This document shows positions 12,957 through 27,715 of a stretch of DNA of 64,000 bases, piece by piece. Positions within the stretch are counted from its first letter, which is position 1. The number at the start of each line of letters is the position of its first letter. The notes beneath the pieces are model-generated. The model was not told the origin of the DNA. It worked only from the letters and a program-made list of their open reading frames with translations, and searched no databases. This stretch comes from Azolla caroliniana. Its lineage: Eukaryota > Plantae > Polypodiophyta. A program made the translations under genes and the position numbers. Where the stretch lies: assembly GCA_043228905.1 (NCBI GenBank), contig JBHGNT010000006.1, forward strand, positions 2,232,001 through 2,296,000, given 5' to 3'.

Positions 12957-15900
12957 CTACATCCATCTCTTCCTTTGGCCTCTGTTCTCTTTGGCCTTGT
13001 TGAGACCATCAAGACTATTACTCAAATGTTTATTCTTGCTGACACTTTTCCCATCTCTCTTGGGGGAAGTAGTGTTGGGTTCAACCCCAGAAAGCACATT
13101 GCTGCCTTTAATAAGGTCTCGGTCATTCCGTTTCTTACCGCCTCTGAGAGTACTATTATCCTCGATTTGCTCTGAATCATTATTATGCCTTCCAGTTGCT
13201 TTGTCATTATCGTTAGAGTCCTCAACCCGATCTGAATATGAATAGCTGCTCCTAACAGATGAATTGATTCTGGGTCTTCTAGTAGGTCTAGTAGGAGAAG
13301 TGAAGACCATATTGATTCTGTGAGTATTATTATCCTCGATTTGCTCTGAATCATTATTATGCCTTCCTGTTGCTTTGTGATTATCGCTAGAGTCCTCAAC
13401 CCGCTCTGAGTAGGAATAGCTGCTCCTAACAGATGAATTGATCCTGGGTCTTCTGGTAGGTCTAGTTGGAGAAGTGAACACCATATTGTTTCTGTCTGCA
13501 TATTTTTGTGAGTAGCCAAATCGTGCTATGTTGGAACCTTTCAGAGGTTCCTCTTGACTACTATTACTAGTCCTTAACCTTGTTGCTTGTTCAATACTGC
13601 TACTGCTCCATCTAACATGATCTGTGTCACCATTCGTTTTGCTATTTTCGGAGACTGTTTTTTGTCCCAACATATTATTAACGCCTGACTCTTTAGGATC
13701 ACAATCACTCATAACATCCTCCGACTTGGAGCTCTTCACCTCAGCATACCCATATTTCTTCCCAGAGTCGTTCAAATTCACATGCTCAAAGGAACTCACT
13801 ATGTCACAGTAGCTTATATGTGCTCTTCTCCTGTCTTTGTTCCGTCCTATCAAAAGTTCATTTGGGGAGTTCTGAGACTTACAGCTCTCGACATCCGCAT
13901 AGCTATTATGTTCATTTTCCAAAGAGTCCCTCGTGATGGAGAGCTCAAAGGAATCTGTTAGCCTTGTGAGTTCTTTCCAAGGTGAAAGAACACATTTTGG
14001 CATCTCGGGAGAATCTGCAACCTCAACAGGACTCATTTCCACATTATATAGAACATTGCTCGTCACAAATGTCTGCAGAGAAGATGCATCTACTTGTCCC
14101 GTAACCTGATTTACTTGCAGAGTTCTAAGGTCAGATATCTGACAAATCAAAACAAAAGAATCATATATTGATGTAGACCACAGGGAAGCAGTATATAGTG
14201 AATCAGCTTGCAAGTAAAGAAAGCCTTACAATTCCTTGAAGAACATTGATCTCTTCTTGAAGTCTAGAAATTTTTATTTCCTTCGCATGACAATCATTGA
14301 TACACAAACTCAATGTCTGCCAAAATAAGAACATCACGTTTCAATTGTTTCCTTCTTTTGGCTGCATTGACAAGGAAACTCTCATGTTCTTACCTTGTTT
14401 ACATCTTCAAGTGCCTCATTCCACACATCGGTTACAGTATCCAACTGCATTACAACCATGTAAATTTTGAATATATAAATAAGACTCTCCGGTTAGAGAT
14501 TCATTAAACATTTGCAGGAATAGATGTCAATTTTACTGAAATTTAGAGCTCGATCTACATCTAACTAGCCACCACTATACTGTAATCAGCAAAAAGTTGG
14601 CATTTGTGAACAGTTTGCCTTATTCTACAATATATGCTATATCACACCTACCATAGAGATATAATTAGCACTCCTTAACAATGTTATCACTCTGTAAGTT
14701 AGCAATGTGCCATTCTACAATATACGAGCTATCTACACATACAAAAGTTAGATGGAGATATAATTTATCATTCTGAACAATTCACCGCTGTACGATGTGA
14801 CTTCATGATGTTACGTGTATTTAAGTTGCAATTGACTTGACAGATGTAAGTGTCCTATCTAAAGTGCAAGCATGATCAAGCGTTGTATCTTCTTGTAATA
14901 ATCGTTAAACCCTCAAATAAAATCGTGCATACCCTTTCAGATTCCTGTTTCACATCACCGGAATCCCTCAGCTCACTTTCCCCTTGAATTGAACGATCAA
15001 TCTGAAAACAGTTACGTGAAACTAATGAAAATGCTGTAATCATGTGATTTTTCTTCATAATTAAATTTATAGCTGCAGTTTTTACCTCATCCTCTAGGGT
15101 TTGTTCAGTCACCCGTATCGTTGAGAATCCATTAGAATCCACTGGATCTTCTAAGAAAAAAGGAGTTTCTAATTCTTGGGGATGAGTTGAAGAAATGATA
15201 TCAGCATAAAGTGCTTCATTAGAACGACCCCCTCCACATAGATGTTCTCCGTACTGCTTGTTCCAATATAAAGCGATAAAACAGCGTTTAAATTCCTAAT
15301 ACTGTGGCACGACATGCAAGGCAAATCTGAAACACTCGTACAATTCAAACACAATTTACTGTAAATAAACCATTATTATGGTACTTAGTTGAAGTGTCTA
15401 TAGCAGTTTTTCATCCAAAATATATAGTAGGATTCCATGAACTGCCCGTCAGGAATATCTAAATTTGAGTCTATAATCATGAAAAATATTAAATTACTGC
15501 AGCCTAACTCTGAACATAGCTTGAAGCTAATATACGGCACACAAAATGAGTATACGTTTTACTGCAATAACGAAGTCACTCATATCATTGGGAAAGGGTC
15601 GGAATGTAATTGGAAGAAGTGACTCAAAAAATATTGCACAGAAGATGACCTAAATGCCTAGCTATCATGACTATTATAAATCTTTCGTAACAGTACAAAT
15701 CTAGAACAAACATTCAGTGATAAATCCTGCATCAAGGAATTTGACACTGGATATCAATAGCTCCTGATATGCATAGACGTGTACTTTCATCCTAGAAATT
15801 TTTTGATGAGCAGAAGATTTAAATGAGATGAAACTGAGAGAAAATCAGGAAGATTAACATAGTGTCTGTAGGTGGTTTAGAAAAGCCACCTGGTTAAGTG

Positions 15901-17096
15901 GAAATCCGGAACTGTGGGATTGCGGAGTGTCCACCTCATTCAGCTTGGCAAGAGGAAGTGATGGAGTGAGAGAACCATCTAACTGCTCATCGTTAACACT
16001 GATCGATGGACATTCTAAAAGTCTCTCTAAGAACGGCCCTCTCTGAAAGGAATCCGGGTCTGATTGTGCATGGTTTGCCTGATTATCACATGGAATAAAT
16101 TCATCACCATTACTCGAATAGCTATTAAACCTTGAATATTTCTTGTTGAAACCAGTAGCGTTCGTCTCTGCTTTCTGCAATACTTGAGGCGTGGCAAACT
16201 GCTCTAGAATTACAGAATCACATTTAGGTGTCGCTTCATTCATTCCTAGGTTGTGGTCAGTGGTGCTCCCAGAATGACGACCACAGAAGGGAATGACATG
16301 CTCTTTCCAGAACGACAAATGTCCTTGGAGCTGTCTTATTTTCTCGTGTAGAAGTTTGCATTCTCTATCCTGCCAGAATTGAGTCATAACAAAACGTTAG
16401 AAAGATTTTCATCTAATGTAGCTAAAGATCAAATCAGACGAATAGGGAACGGTTAGAGACCATGGCAAACTGTGAGAAATTAGCTAGTTTTGAAGTACAT
16501 ATTTCTCTCCCTGGACATAGATTTGAACATACCCGATCTTGGAGTGCAATCTCTAAGCTTTTGATCTTTTTGTTGTCTTTCTGGCTCAGAGCAAAAGCTG
16601 CGGCAACGGCAACAGCAACTATAAGTGCTCTCTGAAGTGGAGTAAAGCGATTCCAAAGACAATATTCTTCTGTTCTTAACGTCACATAGTCAGGATCCAC
16701 AAGAAGACCATCAAGAGACATCCAAGCGTTTTCAGATTTCTTAGGTCTGATCTTAGGTAATCCTGACCGATTCTCAGGGAAAAACGCCTGTAACATATCT
16801 CCTCTATTTGTGAGAGGACTGTGCAGGTTCGATCTGAAGTTAATATAACCATCTTTTCTGATCCTACATGTGGTGAATTGAGAGGCTATCTTGTGAAATG
16901 AAATGTCTGTCGCTGGAAGAACGATAGGATTGTGGACAAAACCTGAGGGATTTTCGTGCAGTACAGTGTCAAAAATATCATTTTCTGTGCAATTCTCAGG
17001 TGTTCCTTTTCCCAGCACTCCAATGTTGATGCAGTTCTGATCGAAACCTTCTGGTTCTGGTGAAGATTCCTCTCCTGAATGGTAACCGCCGAACAT
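12957..17096 (-). CDS. Multi-exon uncharacterised plant coiled-coil protein with a hydrophobic segment and a long Ser/Arg-rich disordered C-terminus
   Basis: Exons read at 17096-16533, 16369-15890, (15150-15086?), 15001-14933, ~14444-14394, ~14316-14230 and 14138-12957, with GT-AG borders. WMSLDGLLV...WNRFTPLQRALIVAVAVAAA...ALQDRD resembles a conserved plant family of unknown function (from memory). Splice phase between 15890 and 15001 is unresolved. 5'UTR intron ~17102-17760. Confidence 0.75.
13141..13488 (-). repeat. 174-bp (58-aa) in-frame tandem duplication within the last coding exon
   Basis: NMVFTSPTRPTRRPRINSSVRSSYSYS...SEQIEDN occurs twice; nucleotide offset is 174 (13161 vs 13335). 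Confidence 0.95.
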
Positions 17097-17889
17097 TGGC
17101 TCTGTGTAATACAGACAACAGTTCCTTTTTTTCAGATGGAGAACTCATAATGTTAACTACATTAAGTGATTAAAATAATCCAAGATAGAAGTAGCTTCAC
17201 TGTAGAAGATGGGAGACGGGCAAGTAACAATCGAAATGTAACCTAACCATAAGAAAACTGAAGTTCCAGCGAGAGAGACGACTCAATTATCAAAATGTAA
17301 CCTAATAAAATGAAAATAGAAGTTCAATCAGCTCAGACAGACAGATGACTGAATCATCAAAATGTCACTTAAAAGGTAGAATGGAAATGCAATTCTGAAC
17401 AGTAAGACAGACATCGAAACCATAAAAAATGTAACCTAAAGGAAAGAAGAAAGAGTGTGGTCATTCAAAACTGTGGTCTCATTTAATGTCATCAAAATCA
17501 AACGTAAATTAAGAAATCAGAGAGAAAGCAAAAAAGAATGCGAAATGCTATCATTAGAAAGAGATGAATCAAGCGTCGTATGTCTGGAAACTCAAACGGA
17601 TTATTCTTCATCCAAATGTGAAGCACCCGTCGAATGGAAGTGGTAGTAACCAAGCAGAATAAGAAAAAATAGAATTTGCAAATGATGAACAAATCAAACT
17701 CGAGAGATGGTGAGAATGATGTCTTTTCTAAAAATACAGAAAACCAAATGCTGGCATTACCTTAGTGAGATGGTGACGCAGTAATAGGGGAGCGAGGGAT
17801 TTGATCAGCAATGGAAGCGAGCATCCATACGGCAGAATACGGCTCTTTCAGAGTATATCACGGTGTGGAGTCTTTGCGCGGCTTCCATG

Positions 17890-17891
<2 letters not shown>

Positions 17892-17935
<44 letters not shown>
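17892..17935. repeat. (GA)n microsatellite near the 5' end of the coiled-coil gene
   Basis: Read directly. Confidence 0.97.
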
Positions 17936-17937
<2 letters not shown>

Positions 17938-20900
17938 CTAGTATCGTCCTGGGAGGTCATTTACGTGTCTTTAAAGAATGCACTGTACAGAAGCTTCAAT
18001 GGAGCGAGATTTAGGTATTGCCATGGCAGGACAAATGTGACCTACGGTGGTGGTCTTCAGACAAACGCACTGGTGTTGAATGTTGAAGGTTCCATGGCAG
18101 AGAGAGAGAGAGTGCCGTGAAGTTTTTGAATCTTCTGTAAATGAAAAGTTAAAATTATAATAAAACGAGGCATTTTTTTGGGGGTTGTGTTTTGTTGTCA
18201 TTTTTAATCGCCCGGGGAATTTTCGACCGTTCGCAGCAAAGAGAAGAGAAGAAATTGGTGGGGATGGATGGATGGGATACATACATACATACATATGAAC
18301 GAATCCATCATCAGATCAGATTTAATTATAAAGGCTTGTTATTACCCTAATTTACATATATAGCCACATAATAGAACAAACACATTCATAAGAAGTTTTA
18401 ATTAATTAAATGGCATGTTTTTTTGTTAAGCTGAGGGAAAATACTGCCAGATAGCTTCTTTTTTTACCTTCTTATTATTCCCGTTCTAGCCCGCCTTCTC
18501 AAATTATAGTGTCGAGACAGAAGTTCTCCCTCTTCTTCGTCTCCTTCACATGATTTAAATGATTTAGTGCCAAGCAACTTTGTCTCGGTTCACGAGTCAA
18601 AGGATTAGAATGTGGAGGCAGAAACATAGGTTGAATTATGTATGTGGTTGTTTTTTTTCCGGGTTGGTGGGACACTTGGGGGACAAACTATGTGACGGGT
18701 ATTCGGGCTTTATATGTAGCATAATTTCATTGGTTGGAAAATTAGTGTGGAGTTGGACCCTATAGATTTGCAAGGTTGTGCTCATTTTTATTTAATCAAG
18801 ACAAGCAACAATGGGTCCTAGACACCACTTACAATAGAACCCCAAGTCAAGCTCGACCAATAGCCCAAGCGTTTTTAACTATCCACACTATGTGAATTGT
18901 CAACTTCTTATTAACCTTCAATTAATTAAGAGTGGGCGGCCCTCTAAACCTACTAGTTGTAGCATTCTCTTGTAATTGAAACTTGTATGCATGAAGTCCA
19001 TTAAAATGTGTTGATTCAAAAAGAAAAACAATGGGTTGGAGTGCATCGCTCGAATGAAAAGTTGTTTTCACACATTAATGTACTCAAGTTTAAAATTTAG
19101 GGTGACATGTTCTAATGGTTTGTCTCTCCAAATGTTTTTCAAGGGCCAATCACCTTCCAGACAAGCCTTGCCAATGTGTTCATGTAAACATAACTTATGA
19201 GCACTATAATGTTCAACCAAATTACGAAAAAGCTTTCTGGTTTTTTAAGCCAATAAATGCAATCAATGGTGGTGATGAGTGCATTGTTGGATGTTTGGGT
19301 CAAAACAATGCTTTTTGGACGTTCCAAACAACAATGTGAGTCAAGGTAGGGATCGTGCATAGACTCTTTTGTACTAAAAGATACCAAGCATCCTTTTTTC
19401 GAAAAAAATAAAATGAAATAAAATATACCAAGCATGACCGGGGAAGAGATGGCAATCCTCAATTAGCTTCCTCAAGCAAAGGCAACAAAGGAACATAAGC
19501 CTTTAATGGCCTTTGGATGGCAGATGTCTATGATGGGTAACAAAACACATTTATCATTGTGACTTCCAAGAATCCACACACAATCATAGAAACATAATGA
19601 AAATAAAGTGTTGACATCACGAAAACAACATAGAGAAGAAAGTTATTACGAATAGTTATCGCAAAGACTAAATCTAAATAATAATCTAACGAAAAGACCT
19701 TAATCTAGAAGCAAATCGATTTCTTTCTGTGGAAATACCTAAAGAGCTTGCCTCTCCTGGTGCTACAACTTATAGGATCACTAACAACTGCAATCAAGAT
19801 GGGATCCTCCATGAAAACTTTTGATCTTCTTAAAAAGTTTGCAGCTATATGCCCTTAATCAATGCAAAATAGGGCTTATATTTTGCTTTCGCATGTGGCA
19901 TCAACACAATGGGTTGGTTTTTGTTTCATCCATCATAATGCCCACAATTCTATTGAGAATAGTAGTAGTATTGTGGCACATGCAAATAGGTAGAATGTGG
20001 TTTGCTATCGCGTTTTGGATGAAAAAATAAGAATTGGAGTGACCATATATATGTATGTAACCCATTCCATAATGCTCCATGCAAACAATTATGTTTCTCG
20101 AGCAAAATCACTAATGGACATTGATACCATCCCAAAATTTCTTCCGGTGTTTATATATTCCTCACCAAGCATGGTTTCTTTGATCCAATGAATGTCTAGC
20201 GTAGTACTAATATTACAAAGGTATCTTCTTATATTTGATTTATTTCCTCAAATGGCCTTGCATCATTTATTCTTTTGTGTGTGTGTGTGTGTCGTGTGAT
20301 AACCAAGAATATCATGATTCATTACCATTATATACCCCTTGATTGTTCTTAGTTAAAGAAAAATTTGGTGTAACCATTATATACCCCTTGGTTTTTCTTA
20401 GTTTCTTATAGGAAAGCTCATCACATATATTGGGGTATACTCATCACATATATTATCCTTCTTAATTGTATAGCACATGTGAAATTTACTATCTTCCTAA
20501 CTTAGTCACCTATTTACATGCTCATCAACCATAAATATTAGTACTCAGTTATTATCATGTTCAAACCTCATCTCCATCTCAATAACTATTAAGGTTCCGA
20601 CATATATGTAATTTAAAGGTTGTTTGTACTCTTGAAGAAAAGAAAGAAAAATTAGCTTCTCCTTGAATGGCTTTGCTCAGCATTGCAAAAAGTGCTTCAT
20701 GTGTAATAACCTCATGTATAGAAGAGCGATGAATCTCGAAGACATCTAAAATAAACATAAACTTGATCGATGGAAGCTGAGACCTAATAGGAAAGTTTAT
20801 TCCCTTTGTGTTAACTCTTCTCTCTCTTTATCATGGTTAAAATGATCCCATATACAATGTTTTCCCATATGACACATTTCACATATACAAAACATGTTCT

Positions 20901-21108
20901 CTTCTTTTGGAGACATGGTATGAATTGTTTTGCTTGCCAATATCAATCATCCTCTCTCTCGCTCTCACAAACATATACTGGAATGCCACATTCACATCGA
21001 AAAATCTCCCAGGATGAGGACGGGAATTTGTATATAATATATATACATATGTATGTATATATATGATGTTTTCGATGATGAGTGTATAAAACAGGGTTTT
21101 TCAATGAT

Positions 21109-23565
21109 TTAGAAACCAGAGACATGCCCTAGAGGAGCAGATTTATATTCTTGTTGAGGATGATGATGATGAATATGGTCATCCATTGCATAAATGGAGG
21201 CACATCCTCTTGAAGGGATAATGAGGGGCCTCAACTGAGGCCCTTGAACCACATCAAATTTGTCAAGCGATTTGGTACCGTATGATGTCACCTGATTAGT
21301 CATCAAAGTAGAAGAGTTCCAATTTGCAGTCAGTGGTGATGACATAGAGATTGGCTCCATTGATGATAGCATTGAACCTCTAGTTACTAAAGTCTCCTTG
21401 GATGGAAACCTTGTTGTCTTGTATCTCATCTCTTGCACAGATTTCATCATCTCCAAGATCTCCTTCATGTTGGGTCTCTTCACGGGGTCCTTGTGAAGGC
21501 ATGAAAGCACCAAATCTGCGACCAATCTGGCCCCCTTCGATGGAAATTTTCCCTGTAGCTTCGGGTCCATCACCAGGAAGAGCCGTCCGTCATCATTTAA
21601 GAAGGGTTTTGCCCACTTCAGTAGGTTTTGTTTCTCATCCTTTGATACCATCTCATCCATGTGTTGTTTGCCACTTAAAATCTCTAGTAAGATCACTCCA
21701 TAGCTCCACACATGACTTTTCAAAGTAACTTCACCTTTCATGATAGTTTCTGGAGCATTATATGCATTCATCTGATACCAATCCATAAATGAACTAAGTT
21801 ACAAAGAAACCAAGGTTTTACATGCTACATTGCAAGTATAAATGTAAGCATATATTGGTAGAATAGGCCTATTAACTCGTGAACAGCCATACTCTAGGTA
21901 GGCATGGTCTGAACACAGATCCAGGGTATAACCAGGGCTCCATTAACATAGTATTAGTGTATGCTTGTAGCATGCTACAAGATTGATATGTATATGTATG
22001 AATCTCCATCTTAGATATGGATCATCCACATCAACAACATATATATAAAATCTTACCCTTGCATTGCTTGGCCTGGAGTAATCCCCATGCTCCAACATTC
22101 TCTCAAATTTATTGCCCACCAATTTCGAGGTGTAGTCTTCATCCACTTGGAAATGCGAAGTTCGTATATCGCAATACAAACCCTATATTTGAAGGCAAAG
22201 AAAACAAGATCAAAATAATGCCTCTACTTGAACAAGGGGCACTCCTAGGTATACCAATTAGCCCTTCTTTTATCAGCTTACCTTCTCTGGATACATTTCA
22301 TGTAAGACTGTGAGCGAATGTGCCACCCCGCATGCAATCTTCATCCTCGTTGACCAATCTAGTGCCGAGACCCCGTTAAACAATATGGAACTCAGGCTTC
22401 CTCTAGGTAGCATCTCATAAACCATTGCGTGTGGAGCATCTAGATCACCACTGGTGAAGCCAATAAGCTTACAAAAGTGTGAGCCATGTCTACGACCCAT
22501 GACCGATATATCTGATACCATTTTGGAAAACCCCTGTTCATAAACACAAAACCAAAAGAAAGCATTAATAAGCTGAAGTATATATGGCATGCCATTTCGT
22601 AAGCTCGTTGAGAGAGAGAGAGAGAGAGAGAGAGCAGATGGTTGTGCATTCTAGCACTAAATTCCACTGTGGCATCTGGTGAAGTAGTGCATATAACCCT
22701 AATTGAGGAGAGAGAGAGAGGATCAAATTACCAGGTTGTTATGTACCAGCACAGCCAGGATCTCCTTAGGCTTTCCATTCACTCTGAGTGATCCAGCATA
22801 GCATATTCCATCACCATAGCTAGTTGCATTAGGGGAGAAATTGTCACATGCTGAGGCCACTTCCTCATATGTAAAGTGGGTTAATCCAGGGATGATGGCA
22901 GTGGCGGGAAGCTTAGGAAGCGGGAGAGGTTGAGGATCGACGGCTTTGTGGGCATCGCATCTCTCCGTGAGCATGCTTACACCAGGATTTCTTGTCTCAT
23001 CCAAAGGTAATGTTGATGAATCCATGGTACTATGTGATACATGGCTCATATTACTGCGTGCACCCATTGACATGGAGGATGTGGTCGATGATGAAGAAGA
23101 TGATGGTGATGTGGATGTGGATGTGGATGACATTGGACGGGGCGATAAGGGGCGGGCCACATGCTCGCTCGGGAGAGGGAGCCTGTAAGCATTGCTCGCG
23201 GATGGAGGGGAAGGAAGCGGCATGGGGGCATTAGTAGAAGAAATCACATGATTGTCCTTGATCCCATAGTTAAACATGGTGTCACCATGAGTAGATGACC
23301 TGAGAAGCTTACTAGGATTACCACTGCTTCTGGTGTTACGGATGAACCTTTGTGCATTCTGGATGGCTCGGACCCTGCTCCTAAAGCTCCGCGGCGGCCG
23401 AGCCGATGGAAGGATCGGATGGCAAGAAGGGTTTCCGGGATTAGGCAGGGATAAAAACTGGTCAGTTTCGTTCATGTTCCCGGGGGGTGTTGTTAGATCG
23501 GATTGAAGTGTTTCACCACCGTGAGGTCTCCGTTTGGGCTTCTGGATCACAGAGAAGCACTTCAT
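21109..23565 (-). CDS. Receptor-like cytoplasmic kinase (RLCK-VII/PBL-like), probable pseudokinase; exons 23565-22732, 22533-22282, 22182-22057, 21771-21109
   Basis: FTYEEVASACDNFS, MVYEMLPRGSL, LDWSTRMKIA, KSHVWSYGVILLEILSG, NLLKWAKPFL, MDPKLQGKFP and CLHKDPVKRP. Three phase-0 GT-AG introns. Pro/Ser-rich N-terminus. Confidence 0.9.
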
Positions 23566-24379
23566 GATGGTGATGATGATGATGATTATGATTATAATTA
23601 TAATTTATGATTATGATTATGATGGGTAGCTATAGAGATGGGAGGGTCTTACACATGTGTGTGCGTAAAATATACAAACACATATATATATATATGTATG
23701 TATGTATATATGTCTACTACTAAAGGTGGGTTCTTTCTTTATAAATTGCGGAGCATTTCTCTCGCATTCTCTGTTGTGTGTGTCTTGTCTGCCTATAGGA
23801 GGTTGAAACGTTCTCCTACCCTTTCTGTCTCTCTTTCTCTCTATCTCGCAGAGACAGAGACATAAACAAACAGAAAACAGAGAGGGACGGAGGACGGAGG
23901 TAAGAGTCTTAAGAGATTGAATTCCAATGCACTACCTCCACAGAGAGGTTTCGCCTTTTTCAACGTGAAAGGGAGCAGGGGCAGGGGGGCAGGCAAGTCA
24001 GGATTGAGGACCAGTCTTCTCCAGACAGAGAAACCAGGTTTAATCTACATACATACATGCTTCATTTATGGCTGCCTTCTTTTTATTATCTCTTTATTAT
24101 GGTATATCATATATGCATTGCATTTATATTCATACATACATACATCGCATTCGGCACCGGCCAACACCCACCGCCCCCCTACATTCATCCGCATCCTCGG
24201 ACAACAATTGAAAAATGTCTTCGGGTAAAATAACATTAGATCTACACGGAGTTCGTCCTCTTAGGTGATCTTACCCCCCCCTCTCCTTACAATCTCATGT
24301 CCCGAGTTTCAAGTTTAAGACCTCCACGACATGGGGAGATTTAAATATTTCTTCGTATGACAATTCATTCTCGTGTAAA

Positions 24380-24627
24380 CCCCTCGTCAACTAGACGTAA
24401 AAGCTGACATGCTCCTCTTAGATTATCTTCCCCATTTACAATCTCACGATAACTTAGTTCTCATTGCTTTGAAACAATGTTCTTATTGTTTCTAATGCAT
24501 TTACACCCCCTCATCAACTAGACTTAAATGTTAACATGCTCCTCGTAGATTATCTTCCCTATTTACAATCTTGTGATGACTTAGTTCTCGTTGCTTTGAA
24601 ACAATGTCCTTATTGTTTCTAATGCAT
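24380..24627. repeat. Tandem duplication, 127-bp period
   Basis: cccctc(g/a)tcaactagac...ttgctttgaaacaatgt...tctaatgcat occurs twice. Confidence 0.9.
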
Positions 24628-27600
24628 CGCCAATACAATGTGTTGATTGATAGCATTTTTTAGATATAACCTTTGTTTAGTATCTTTTTTTAATCTAAAT
24701 CAAGCTTTGATTATAGTTGTGGTTAGCAATAGCATACATACATGAATCAAAAGAAAATGCAAACAAATTCAACTACATACCCCTTTTAAGAAAGAAGGTT
24801 CTATATTTTGTTTGTTCTATGATGCTTCTCTAATTATGTATGTTCATGTCTTGCAAAGACCATCACCACATAGTTTTTTTCTCACTTCCCTTCCTCTCTT
24901 GAAGGAAAAGGAAATCAACCTTTCACAAAAAAATTAATGATCCATATTCACACGACAAGACATACTAGTCTCTTCATTAAAAGATTCCATCCATGGTCAC
25001 ACAAAAACTCTATATTTGTAGAAAGCCTACATCCTAGTTGTAAACCATTACAATAAGGCTCAAAAAGCTCATAAATGTGGTACTGCTTTACTAGATGATG
25101 GTGCACGATTTGGGCGACAAAATGCATTGTGACAAAACCTTCCCAATTCATTTCTCTCTCTCGCACCTCATATTCCCTTCTGACAATAGTACATGCATTC
25201 ACAAACATTATAATGAACAAACATGACGTACAATGACTTGACAATAAGTACAATTGTGAGGATCCTAATGCATGGGTAATCCATTTAATTTGTTGTAAGT
25301 AATTGTGACGGCGAGGATTCTAAGTAATTCATTTTTTCTGACACCAAGCCATAATTAATTTCCATAAGGCAAGATAGGACTACCTTATTGGTTGACCAAA
25401 ACTTCCTCTCTCTCTCCATTGTAATTAGCTTTGTTATACTCTACTAATCCTAGGCCTTGGGTTCAAAGCTCGATTTTAACACCTCTCTGTTAATTATCCC
25501 ATACATATTTTCCTTAATTTAGGACGTGTGTTTGTGGAATGTAGGGGTTGCATATTTTCCTTTTGGTCTCCGCCACACAACGTTACTAACTAAGCTACAT
25601 CCATCTAGGTGCCATTGTGGAATGTAGTGGTTGAACATGATCTTCTAGTCGAACAACCTTACCAACTAAGCTACATCCGTTAGGTTCTCTCTCTTTCTCT
25701 CTCTAGCATTGACTCCTTAGATGTAGTAGATATGAGAATGCTATTTCTTTATGTTTTAGATGTATTGTGCCATGAGTTGAGGATTAAGGATGACAAATAT
25801 TGTGTTAATACCATACAATGCCTAAATGACACACCAAATGTGCACCTTATGTTGACATGCCCCATGAGCTCGTGTCAAGAAAGATAAGGACTACTGTTAT
25901 GTATAGAATCCTTCCACTTCCAATCTCATAGAGTTCAATTCATATAATAACAATGATGTTGGATATAATGTTTGTGGTGGTTTGCATATAGTCTTATTAG
26001 TTCTCCATTCCTCAACACTAGGACATCTATTAATTAGTATTCGTAGGCATCAACATATGTCGACACAAAGTGTCTACACCCATATATAAATGATGATGTG
26101 ATGTGTGCACAATCTACGTGCAAACACTCAAACATCTAATCCTTGAATATAAATACACATTAGAAGTTAGAGAGATTATTATTGTATTTCTACATAAATT
26201 TGATAATATTCACTTTTAATTCTAGTTACTTTCTACTTGAATACATAGACCAAGCAAACCATCAATAGTTTCCTCAGAGTCTATATGGTTGGAATTTTTT
26301 CAACAATATGGTATCCATTAGAAGTTAAGGATGTGTTTGGCATAATATTTAGCTCTATCTATCTAAAGAGCCCAATAAGCATTTTATATTGAAGCATTCC
26401 CACCAATATCACAATTGGACGTGTACACTAGAAACCTTGAAAGGTGTATCTTTCAATATTGCCAATCTTACTGGTGTTTCAAAAGTCGCATTTGCAATCC
26501 ATTGATGTATGCAATGTTTTAACAATCATCTACAATACGACACGTAAAAGCTACAACAATAGCGATAGATTTGATGTTCCATTGAGTAAAGATTGCTAGG
26601 TTTGATACTGATGAAAGATAACTTTGGGAAGCATATACATTTATACATTAACTAGCTAAAAAACAAGATAGATGCAACTTAAAGCAAGACATACCAGATT
26701 CAATCAAAACTATGTACTGTTCATACTACATAGTAAAATCACACACATGTTAAGATATATAATATTACATGGCATGTTCTATTAGAAATGGAAAAATCAA
26801 CCCTAAACTTGGAATTTAAAAATAAAATAAAATAAAATATTATTATTATTTATAAAAAAACTAAATTTGGAATTTATAGAGAACTAAATATAATTAGAGG
26901 TCCAACATCACAACATTATCCCTCTTTTTCCAAACAATTTGTTGTGATTAAATTGTATTTCTATTTACTCAATTCATATAGGCTTCTATTAATTGCATTC
27001 AACTCGCTACCACTACTTTCAAAGTCCCAAGGATACAAAGTTATGAGGCTCTAATTTGTAAATGTATCAATACAAGCTAGAATACATAAATACATATCTA
27101 TGCTAGTACTAAAAAACGAATTACATGTTAATTTGAACAATTGACAAAAGTTGCCTTTACTTGTAGCTATATGGGAGATTGAAATAATGGTATATTAGAT
27201 GGGTACCAGACGACCATCAAATTGTTTCCCACAAAAGAGTATGAAATTTGTAAAAAAACACGCTAACAATGGTTCATCTTTTAGATTTGCATGTGCTTGA
27301 AAAAAACAAATTGTGTGCCAAATTTCATACGATCATTCATAGGTGGTTGTGGTATATTAATGAAGTTTTCTTTTGTTGAGATACACATAAGGCTCGACTC
27401 TTTTTTTTATCACGATAACTTGTTGAGCTATAAAGTAAACATATAAAGTAGCTTAATAGACCTTACTTTTGCTATAGGTTTGTGAACTCACCAACATCAA
27501 AATTGTTTGCTTGTGTCTAATGAATTTTGTGACCTTTGTGACTTTATTCAGCTTTCCATTCATGTAACTATGTTAAAACAAAAGGTGATACATCATTTCC

Positions 27601-27660
27601 TTTGACACTTGAAGTCATTGAAATGCAGAGGCACACAATTACATATATGTACATTTGTAT

Positions 27661-27661
<1 letters not shown>

Positions 27662-27711
<50 letters not shown>
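27662..27711. repeat. (CA)n microsatellite
   Basis: Read directly. Confidence 0.97.

Positions 27712-27715
<4 letters not shown>

Noticed and set aside
25440-25480. tRNA or SINE suggested by a B-box-like gggttcaaagc (similar motif near 46390)
   Set aside because: No cloverleaf or matching A-box could be identified.
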